Positions 46,430 through 54,700 of a stretch of DNA of 64,000 nt are shown one piece after another. The notes under the pieces were generated by a model. The model saw nothing but the letters and a program-made list of their open reading frames with translations. It was not told the origin of the DNA and did no database searches. Every line of letters begins with the position of its first letter. The first letter of the stretch is position 1. Position numbers and translations under genes: made by a program. The stretch comes from a virus (taxonomy: Duplodnaviria; Caudoviricetes): positions 1 to 64,000 of IMG/VR virus record IMGVR_UViG_2754412371_000001; one strand, given 5' to 3'.

Positions 46430-47830
46430 TTATGCGAAGCCGAGCACCTTGGTAATGAACTTCATCCGGTCCATCGCCTGCTCGATCTCAATCGTGAATT
46501 CCCCGCCTTGGTTTCGCGACGCCGCGAAATACAACCGAGCCCGGCCCGCTGCGCGCTCTTCTTCGGTGCGGTTGATCGAAATGATGATGTCTGCGATACG
46601 GACCTTGTTGAAGTCTTCAGCGACGTGCTCGGCCTTGATGACGTTCGCGTTCGCACCAATCCGGTTCGACTGCGTTGCGGTCAGCACCGCGAGCCCTTCT
46701 CGGATCGCCAACCCGCGCAGGTCAACGTAGACCGACTTGGAATTCTCGATCGCGGAGTCAGTGACACGCTCCGGCGACATGATGTCGGCGTAGTCGACGA
46801 TGACCAGATCGAAAACGATGCCCTGCTGCTTGAACCGCTCGATACGCCGACGAAGCTCCGACACCTTCAGCGAGCCGGTCGGGAACTCGTCGATCATGAA
46901 CTTCGCGTTCGTGCCGTCGGCGCGCCGCGCGCGGTCTGCGAACAGGCGAACCTTGTCGCGGACTTCGTGCGTGTGCGCCCCGAGCTCCATCATTGCCTGC
47001 TCGGCGATGTTGGCGTCCATCCGGTCGGAGATCACCTCCCGCGAGACTTCACACGACGCGTAGTAGACGTTGTGGCCGGCGGCCCAAGCACCGATGCCGA
47101 AGTCGATCAGCGCGGTCGTCTTGCCCGCCTTCGCAGCGCCCAGTAGCACCGACAGCTCTTTGCGGCCCCAGCCGCGGTGATAGAGCAGATCGTCGATCAC
47201 CCGGTAGCCGGTCGTGATGCCTTGCGGCGGCAGCTTGCCCGACGCGCGCTCCAGACGGATGCCGGTGCGGTTGTCAATCGACGCCGCAAAATCGTAGGTG
47301 TCCCCCTCTGCGTTCGCGCCGACGTTCAGCGCCGTCTGCATGAGCTTCGAAATGCCGTCGAAATCGTTGCGGTCGAGCTTCGGGATCGCCTTGAACATCG
47401 CAGCCTGCATGGCCTGATGCCGAGCGAACGTCGCAACCTGATCGACCACGAAGTCGCGGTCGGAAATGTCCGTCTCGAACAGATTCTTCAGGTGAGCGAT
47501 CGCCGCAACGCCGAGCGCTTTCGGCAGCACTTTGGCGTCCAGGTCTTCCCGCAATAGCATTGCGTAGATGCCGATGTTTGCCGGTGCCTTGCGATACTTG
47601 CTCCAGTAGCGCAGCGCGACGCTGACAAGATAGGACTCGATCTCAGACTCGAAATGCCCCGGCTCGACCAGCCCATCAACCATCTGGTTGAAGGACGTGT
47701 CACGCAGGGTAAGGGCCGCAATACGCGACTGAAAGTCACCGTCGAACTGGAACTTGCTCATCGGCGGCTCGGCCGCTTCTGCGGCCGGCGTCGTCGACGG
47801 CACTGCTGACAATGCCACCACGCTCATCAC
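46430..47830 (-). CDS. dnaB: DnaB-like replicative helicase
   Basis: ITTGY..ID; GAAKAGKTT; IVDYAD; TATQSNR; AASRN. Confidence 0.9.
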   Translation of the reverse strand: MMSVVALSAVPSTTPAAEAAEPPMSKFQFDGDFQSRIAALTLRDTSFNQMVDGLVEPGHFESEIESYLVSVALRYWSKYRKAPANIGIYAMLLREDLDAKVLPKALGVAAIAHLKNLFETDISDRDFVVDQVATFARHQAMQAAMFKAIPKLDRNDFDGISKLMQTALNVGANAEGDTYDFAASIDNRTGIRLERASGKLPPQGITTGYRVIDDLLYHRGWGRKELSVLLGAAKAGKTTALIDFGIGAWAAGHNVYYASCEVSREVISDRMDANIAEQAMMELGAHTHEVRDKVRLFADRARRADGTNAKFMIDEFPTGSLKVSELRRRIERFKQQGIVFDLVIVDYADIMSPERVTDSAIENSKSVYVDLRGLAIREGLAVLTATQSNRIGANANVIKAEHVAEDFNKVRIADIIISINRTEEERAAGRARLYFAASRNQGGEFTIEIEQAMDRMKFITKVLGFA

Positions 47831-48210
47831 TGCACCGCCGACGTATCGCTGTCCTGGGGCACGCCGAAGAACTGTTCGATCGCATGCTTGTAGAACACGC
47901 GACGAATCAGACGCGTCGAGTCCTTCGGATGCTTGGTCAGCAGCGTGATCGTATATTTGTCGCGGCCTGTCACCAGCCCTTCGAACGTGACGTCACCCGT
48001 AGTGATGATCGTGGCGAGCTGACGTTCTTCCTGCATCGCCTTGAGGATGGCATCGTGACCCTTCGGCGGGCGTGCGGTGGCACGCGGGCGCTGTTCCCCA
48101 TACTGCGGACGAGCGACACTGCCCGTGCGGCTTTCGAGCGTGCGATGCTCGAGCGTAATCATTCGGCGGCCGGCGTTGATCTGTTCTTGGCGAGCTTGCT
48201 CGGGGGTCAT
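47827..48210 (-). CDS. Hfq/Sm-like RNA chaperone homologue
   Basis: D..L.......I..G....G.V...D.YTI.L (Sm1-like) and VFYKHAI (Hfq Sm2 YKHAI). Confidence 0.72.
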   Translation of the reverse strand: MTPEQARQEQINAGRRMITLEHRTLESRTGSVARPQYGEQRPRATARPPKGHDAILKAMQEERQLATIITTGDVTFEGLVTGRDKYTITLLTKHPKDSTRLIRRVFYKHAIEQFFGVPQDSDTSAVQ

Positions 48211-48234
48211 GCTGGAACTCCAGTGAGTTGATGA

Positions 48235-48273
48235 AAAATTAGCGATGACTTAATTATAGTCATTGCTTACTTA
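48235..48273 (-). promoter_or_regulatory. Tandem motif copies (48256-48273 strong, 48235-48252 half) flanking TATAAT
   Basis: Upstream of hfq-like/dnaB/primase. Confidence 0.75.
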
Positions 48274-48275
48274 CT

Positions 48276-48962
48276 CTAATTGAGAAAAAAACGCTTCGCT
48301 TGCTGCAGTGTCACCTCGCCGAACGCCGCGCGTGCCACCGATTCAGAGACGGCCCGCTCGCTCAGCAGCCGCGAAAGCAGCATTGCCCGGTTACCACCGC
48401 GGCTCTTGATCTGATCGATCTGCCACGCTTGGTATGCAATTTGGTCAGGGTGGCCGTGGTAGTTCTCGATCAGAAAGCGCCCGTCACGCGCCAGCTGGAT
48501 TGACTTCTTGCATTCGGCAATCCATGCGTCGCGCAGATCCAGCGCCACCTCTTCCGCATAGAGCTGGTTGGGCCGGGGAAACATCCGCCAACCGCGATCG
48601 CAGGCCCGGCGCACGACGAAGTCGAGGCCGAACTCATACCGGCATCCGACCGCGTCGAACGCCTGCCTCGCTCGCCATACGGCGGCCAGCTCCCGACTAT
48701 CGAACAACCCCGCTACGTCGATCGGTTTGACCTTCTCGACAGTGCGGATGTCCTTCTGCCGTGCGTATGCCCGCTTGATTGCATCGTGATACTCGTGAGC
48801 GAATAGATACGTCGCTTGCACGGGATGCAGATGGCGGTAGTCGAACCACTTACGCAGAAATAGCAGCGCCTCCACCGCCCGCGACGACGGCGCGATACGA
48901 GACAACGCAAGCATTTCGCAATCCGCCGGTGTCAACGACTGGCCGAAAAATTCATGGAGCAC
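48276..48962 (-). CDS. Conserved phage protein upstream of replication genes
   Basis: KWFDYR.LHP..AT.LF; GTG start at 48962 with SD GAGAGG. Confidence 0.7.
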   Translation of the reverse strand: MLHEFFGQSLTPADCEMLALSRIAPSSRAVEALLFLRKWFDYRHLHPVQATYLFAHEYHDAIKRAYARQKDIRTVEKVKPIDVAGLFDSRELAAVWRARQAFDAVGCRYEFGLDFVVRRACDRGWRMFPRPNQLYAEEVALDLRDAWIAECKKSIQLARDGRFLIENYHGHPDQIAYQAWQIDQIKSRGGNRAMLLSRLLSERAVSESVARAAFGEVTLQQAKRFFLN

Positions 48963-49083
48963 TTGGGGCTTCCTCTCATTTCCATTATTGATAAGTTTCA
49001 GATTAATTATAGGTATAGGTTCATGGAATTTAGAAAGGTTAGAAATTGAGGGAGCGCGGTCCTGGCCCCAAGCAATCCTTGAT

Positions 49084-49112
49084 CCTCCCCGAGAAGATGC
49101 GGCTCGGGGAGG
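49084..49112. terminator. 10-bp hairpin after lysis cassette
   Basis: CCTCCCCGAG/CTCGGGGAGG; weak U-tract. Confidence 0.5.
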
Positions 49113-49116
49113 CTTC

Positions 49117-49701
49117 CTACTTGCCGAGCGGCGTGTCATCGACACCGAGTCGCGCGCGCTGCTCCTTCTGAAACTGTTCCACCGAATCGACGAGCGCGTC
49201 GTGGCGCTGCGCCAGGTCCAAGTAGAGCTTCGTCAGTTCTTGGTCGGCGTCGACGAAGTCGGTAAAGCAAAGGGCCGGAGCGGCGTCGCCCGCTTCATCG
49301 CCGCTTGCGGTGGAATGAAAAGCGACTCCGGCGCGGCTTGCGTTGAGCATGCGGACAGTGCCGACATCAAGATAAAAGCCGCCGCAAGCAGCGCGCATCG
49401 TTTCATGTGCTTCCTCACTGGGAGTGGGCGCGGGCGCGACGGCCCGCTTGATCTGCGCCGCAACCCGATGACGGATAGCGACCTTGTTCTGATCGATGTT
49501 GTCGGCAGTGACTGTCACTGCCGCCTCGACCGTCTTGCTCTTCGTCTGCGCCACTGCGACGCCGGTCGCTACACCCGCAACAGCCTTCACCTCCTGCTTT
49601 GCCCGCGATGCCAGCACGAACTGGCGGTCGACGTAGGCGCCTGCGCCGAAGGCGATGGCGCAGGCAAGCGCAAGCACACCAATCTTCGCGAGCGGATTCA
49701 T
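49117..49701 (-). CDS. Inner-membrane spanin (Rz-like)
   Basis: N-terminal TM, coiled coil, follows endolysin, contains a nested lipoprotein. Confidence 0.78.
   Translation of the reverse strand: MNPLAKIGVLALACAIAFGAGAYVDRQFVLASRAKQEVKAVAGVATGVAVAQTKSKTVEAAVTVTADNIDQNKVAIRHRVAAQIKRAVAPAPTPSEEAHETMRAACGGFYLDVGTVRMLNASRAGVAFHSTASGDEAGDAAPALCFTDFVDADQELTKLYLDLAQRHDALVDSVEQFQKEQRARLGVDDTPLGK
49233..49406 (-). CDS. Nested outer-membrane spanin lipoprotein (Rz1-like)
   Basis: MKRCALLAAAFILMSALSA-C lipobox, Pro-rich, different frame inside Rz, SD GAGG. Confidence 0.78.
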   Translation of the reverse strand: MKRCALLAAAFILMSALSACSTQAAPESLFIPPQAAMKRATPLRPFALPTSSTPTKN

Positions 49702-49970
49702 CAGCCTGCCTCCTTCGTCTCATCGTCGGTCTTCATCGGGGAGTCCTTCTTCACAGCCATCCACACACCGATGCCGGCGAACAAAGCCGCGCCGCCTGTG
49801 CCGAATGCCGTAGCATTGAACGGAACCTTGTTGACGACGGTGTCCCACGTCTGCGTGAACACAAAGTCCAGCGACGTGATCGCGGCCATGTATTTCGCCA
49901 GGTCCGGCGTCGCGTTATCGACTTCCGTGAACAAGTGGTGGAAGAAGATCTTCAGCTTGAGCAGGCTCAT
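49701..49970 (-). CDS. Holin-like membrane protein
   Basis: Hydrophobic segments with charged C-terminus, between endolysin and spanin. Confidence 0.6.
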   Translation of the reverse strand: MSLLKLKIFFHHLFTEVDNATPDLAKYMAAITSLDFVFTQTWDTVVNKVPFNATAFGTGGAALFAGIGVWMAVKKDSPMKTDDETKEAG

Positions 49971-50509
49971 GCCGGCTCCTCGCAGCGGAATTCCCGCGCT
50001 TCGGCTTGCCGGCGCCGCAGCAGGCCCGCAACGTGAACGCCGCCTGCCATATCCCACTTTTGGAATTCGTTGGCGGCGGCCTCATACTGACCGGCATTCA
50101 GCAGGCGCAGCATGGTGGAGCCCGCAAATCGCGTTTCGCCGAGGTTGAAGACAAAATCAACGAGCGCATCGAATTGGCACTGGCTCAGCGGCACCTTCAC
50201 GAGACGGTTGACTGCGTCGACCGCAGCCTGCACGTCCTTCATCAGTGCCGCCTCCGCTTGTGCTTGCGTCCATACCAGCCCGTAACGCACTTCCGGCCCG
50301 GTATGGCCGTAGCCGATCGTCCACGGCCGCGCGCTCAACTTGTTGAGTAGGTCGGCAGCGATCGGCGCACCGGCGAGCGTTTTCTTCCAGAGCCCGCGGC
50401 GCTGGAGCTCTACCCCCAGCGGAGACTTCGGATCCGGGTAGGCGTGAAGCACGCAGCCTTCGAAGTTCTCCGTCAACTGCAGTCCGGTCTTGGAATAGGT
50501 CATGTTCAT
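49967..50509 (-). CDS. Endolysin, GH24 lysozyme
   Basis: FEG....AY.D; WTIGYGHT; FDALVDF.FNLG; GL.RRR..E. Confidence 0.93.
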   Translation of the reverse strand: MNMTYSKTGLQLTENFEGCVLHAYPDPKSPLGVELQRRGLWKKTLAGAPIAADLLNKLSARPWTIGYGHTGPEVRYGLVWTQAQAEAALMKDVQAAVDAVNRLVKVPLSQCQFDALVDFVFNLGETRFAGSTMLRLLNAGQYEAAANEFQKWDMAGGVHVAGLLRRRQAEAREFRCEEPA

Positions 50510-50519
50510 GGCGCGGCCC

Positions 50520-50888
50520 TTAGTGAGTGGCGGTCGGGGCCGCCATCGCCATCATCAGCAGCTTCCCGGCAATGGTGAGAGCAGCACCCCCGACAAGCGC
50601 CCAGACAGCTTTTGCCGTCCACGTCGCGCCGGCGAACCGCGCTTCATACTTGATCTGCGACTTCTCGAGCTCCGTCGTCCGGCCCGATACATCGACCATG
50701 CGATCCTCGAGCTTCTCGACGCGTGCACGCGTCGCCAGATGTCGCTCTTCGATCACTGCCAGGCGGACGATTGCGTCCGCAACTTGGCCCATTCCGGTCT
50801 TGATTTCCTGAACGTGCCCCTGCACGTCCCTGATCTGGCTACCCAGCGCAGCGAGCTCCGACACGTCGTTGTCCTTTTCAGCGGTCAT
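50520..50888 (-). CDS. Coiled-coil protein with C-terminal TM (holin/antiholin-like)
   Basis: Position before endolysin; XhlA-like architecture. Confidence 0.6.
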   Translation of the reverse strand: MTAEKDNDVSELAALGSQIRDVQGHVQEIKTGMGQVADAIVRLAVIEERHLATRARVEKLEDRMVDVSGRTTELEKSQIKYEARFAGATWTAKAVWALVGGAALTIAGKLLMMAMAAPTATH

Positions 50889-50923
50889 AAGTCCCTTCGC
50901 AGTCTCTCGCTCAGCGGATACAA

Positions 50924-50959
50924 AACATCGCCGATGTTATCCGGAAACATCGGCGATGT
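50924..50959. repeat. Double palindrome ACATCG(C/G)CGATGT x2, forming a 14-bp inverted repeat / terminator
   Basis: 50925-50937 and 50947-50959; followed by TTTG on the - strand. Confidence 0.75.
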
Positions 50960-50977
50960 ATAGTCATTGCTTACTTA
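50960..50977. promoter_or_regulatory. Motif copy ATAGTC-ATTGCT-TACTTA
   Basis: Same 20-mer as 48255-48274; upstream of lysis cassette. Confidence 0.75.
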
Positions 50978-51002
50978 CTATATAAACTACACGAACGAGC
51001 TA

Positions 51003-51335
51003 TTACTCGACGATCGTGCCTCCCGCGAGCATGTAACGGTTCGCGCCATACGGCAGCATTCCCGCGGTCTGATCGCCGTCTGCCGGCTTGCTGACAATGA
51101 GCAGCTTTTCAGCGAAGGAAATTGCGCCCTCGTTGGCATCCGGGATACCTTGCATGTAAATGGTCGTCGCGCCCTGAATCGGCTGCTTCCCCGACGTGTG
51201 CGTGTCTGCCGAGACGTAACTCATAATCGTCGCGCTCGTCATCTTGCTGAGCGTGTCGATCATCACCTGAGTGACAACGTGATATTCGGCAGTGGCGCCG
51301 GTGGACTCGAGAACGACTGCTTGCTTGATCGCCAT
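51003..51335 (-). CDS. Tail-associated hypothetical protein
   Basis: SD CAGGAG; follows the fibre chaperone. Confidence 0.65.
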   Translation of the reverse strand: MAIKQAVVLESTGATAEYHVVTQVMIDTLSKMTSATIMSYVSADTHTSGKQPIQGATTIYMQGIPDANEGAISFAEKLLIVSKPADGDQTAGMLPYGANRYMLAGGTIVE

Positions 51336-51377
51336 GTTTGGCTCCTGTGGTTGAAAGTGATCGGGCCTAGCCCGGTG

Positions 51378-51779
51378 TCAAGTGCGATTCGGTGGCGTGG
51401 GCCACTGAACATCGAGCGGCCAGCCGGCCTGCTCCGGTAGATCTCGTAATGCCTGCCTGTAGGCCGCATAACGTGCAGCAGTTGTCGCCGGCACATCTGC
51501 TGCCTGGGTCCAATCGGTCTGCGCCAACAGCTGATCACGTTTGAGCCGCACGGGGGCTTCTTGGAACGCTTGCCTGTGCATAGCCACATGCGTCTGAATC
51601 CAGTCGGTGTCCGGCCGGTCGATACCGGCAGGCCACATATCGACTCGCGCATGCTCCTTTGGGGTGCCGTCCGGATTGAGCGCCCGAGCCAGCAAGTAGT
51701 CCTTGCCTCCGACCAAATCCGGATATTCTTGCTGAATGGCAAACAGCAATTCATCCAGTGTCACAAATTCTTCAGTCAT
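51378..51779 (-). CDS. Tail fibre assembly chaperone
   Basis: R..RD.LL..TDWTQ..D.P...YRQALRDLP.Q.G.P....WP..P. Confidence 0.85.
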   Translation of the reverse strand: MTEEFVTLDELLFAIQQEYPDLVGGKDYLLARALNPDGTPKEHARVDMWPAGIDRPDTDWIQTHVAMHRQAFQEAPVRLKRDQLLAQTDWTQAADVPATTAARYAAYRQALRDLPEQAGWPLDVQWPTPPNRT

Positions 51780-51790
51780 GGGTGTTCTCT

Positions 51791-54700
51791 TTAGTTGTTG
51801 CGGAGCCATGCAAAACGGACCCAGCAACGGTTACCGCCTGCAAAGCCGATACCATTCATGATCCACGGGCTATCTCGACGAATCCAAAATTGCGTGCCTT
51901 GGGTCATATCGTAGGGGCCAACTTCTTCGAGTGCCACAATCGGGCACTGCGCGCCACGGTCGGCGCGGTTCAACTGCGCGTCATTCGCTTTGTTCCATGC
52001 GTCATCGAGCTTTCCCATGTCGTCGGACAGCCAGCGGCCGCGATAGCCTTGCCAGAGGTTCCCGTCAGTCTGTAGCGTCGCCCCGCCGACGTGCAGGTTT
52101 CCGCCCTGCCACGTCTCGCCATCGTTGCTAACGTTCCACGGCACGCCGTTGTAGGCGCTGTTGATGACTTCGAGGCCACCGCCGTCACGTGCACGCAGGT
52201 ATGTCCACGAGTCGTAGCCTGGTCGGTTGTTGTGCAGCCCAATGTCGGCCTGCCAGCCGGCGCGATCGAGAGTGATTCGATCGCTGAAATACGTCACCCC
52301 GTTGGCGCGCAAGTTCATGATGGTCGCGGAGTTGTCCGTGCCATTTACCGTGATGACGTTGGCACGCCAAGAGCCATCCGGGTTCATCGTCGCCCAGGAG
52401 GAGTAACCGTATGCGCCGCCGGTGCTCATCGAGCCGTGGAGCCATGCGAGCGCGGTGTTATCCGGGCGAGCGAACACTGCGCCGGCAGCCGTCGAATTGT
52501 TCGGCGCACGCACGCGCAGATCGCTCGTGAGGGTGTCGCCTGACTTGTGGACGAAAGTGTTGTCCAGGAACGTGCGAAGCCACTGACTGCCCCACTGCGT
52601 TCCCCAGACGTTTCCATCTGGTGCAATTGTGGCGTTGGTGCCGCTCGCGTATGAGACGCCACCCACCATCAGGTTGCCGCCTGCGGTCGCAACACGAGCG
52701 TCCTTGCTAACCGTCAGCACCCCCGATACACCAACGTCCCCTCCGAGCGTAGTCCCCGCGCCCGTGCTGTCGATCGAGACATAGCCGGTTGAGAGATTCC
52801 ATGCAAACGGCCGATAGCCATTCCACAACCCAGATTGGTCCCCGCTCGCCGTCTGCAGGAAATAGACGTTAGCTCCGTCGTTTCGGAAAAAGGCCCCGTA
52901 ATTGCCAAACACAACCCGGAAGCCATTCGAATCCGATGTTCGCACGTCCCCCGTGAATCGGCCCTTGCCGGAGACTTGCAGCAGCGTGGAGCCATCGTCG
53001 GTCGCAGTCCCGATCAGAACGCGTCCACCCCAAGGTGCAAAGGCGATATTCTTTTTGGTCGTGTTAGCCTTATTGAATACCTCAAGCGTCGCACCACCGG
53101 ACCAGTTCGACGTGGATAGCGTGACCTGCGTGTCGTTTGCGCCGTAGTAGGTCGAGACGGCGTTCGCAAACATGCCCGACCCAGCTACTTGCAGCAGGTT
53201 GGCGCCGTCGTCAGTCAACGTTCCGACAAGGACGTGTCCGCCATTCTGCATCAGCATCATGTTGCCGACGTTAGATCCGGAGCCGCGCGTGATACAGAGC
53301 GCGTTCTGCGCAGCGGAATATGCATCGTTAGTGGCTCGAATGGAGAACGCGCCATCGCCACCCTGCATCAACTCCCACTTCTTCTGGTCGGCCGGTGCAC
53401 CATCCCGCGAGAGGATTACTGACGTTTGGCCCGTGCCCCCGCCGTTCGAGGCAATGAGAGCGCCGATGCTATTCATGCCCCTTACCGTGCCAGCAACCTG
53501 GAGCAAGTCACCGCCGTTGTCGGCTGTTGTCCCGATCAAAATCCGGCCGGATGCGGTCACCCGAAGTCGCTCGGCATTGGCAGATACGAGGCCAACGTAG
53601 CCGGACGCCCCCGCCGAGCCTACAAGCGCATTGCCTTGCCCATACACGTAATACGCGTTCGCATCGGCGTTGATCCACGCTTTTGCGGAGGTCTGACCGA
53701 AGTATGAGACGCCGTAGAAATATGTGTTGCCAGCAACCTGCAGCAGGCTTGAGCCATCATCGGAAGCGGTCCCGATAAGGACACGACCAGAATTCGTAAC
53801 GCGCATGCGTTCGGTCAGTGCGCCGGCCGCACCGTTGCCGGCCGGACGCGTCAGGAATGCCAACCCGCCTTGGTCATAGCTGCCGCCGCTGTATTTATTG
53901 TCCAACACCCCCTTCACCTGCGACATCGGTGCAGAACCGACGTTTGCGGCGAACGATACCGCGCCGCCCATGCCAGTTGTGTTGCCGCCGGCTACAGCGA
54001 GAAGACCGGTTCCATTCCCTCCAGCGCTGTAGACCTGAACCGCGTTCGCCCCGTCATCAGTCGTCATGCCGATCAGCATGCGACCAGAAGCGACGAAGCG
54101 CGCACGCTCGGCAAATGCCGTGCTGAATACCAGCGATCCGGCACCGATCGTTCCAGAGCCGTAGAACGCGATATTGGGGCCGTTGGAATTGTTGAACCCG
54201 AACAGACCTGAGTCCCCCGTAGCCTGGCTGTTGATGAAGTAGTTGCCAGCACGGACACCGCCGCTTACCTGAAGCGAGTTGACTCCATCATCAACGGTCG
54301 GGCCTACCAGAACATTGCCGCCCTGACTGATCGCCAGTTTAGTAGCGCCCAGGATTTGGAAATTCAGACCAACGTTGCCGCCGGTTACCGCGCTATTGTT
54401 TGCATCGGTCGTTGCGTTGATGGTCAGAGGGCTCGCATTCGACGCGACCGAATACGAGTTGATGGTGTTCAAGACGGATGCCCCGAGCACGATCTTCTGG
54501 GCCGACCCGAAGCGCGAAACCAGCAGACTGTTATTGACTTGCAGCGTTGTCGAGCCGTCATCGGTCATCCCCGTGCCGACGAGCACCCGCCCACCAAACG
54601 TCATGCGCATCACACGACCTTGCTTCGAGTCGTAGCGCCCATCATTGCCGGCGTTGTTGAGGCAGAAGTCGAGGTATTCGGTCCCCCACGTCCCGCCATT

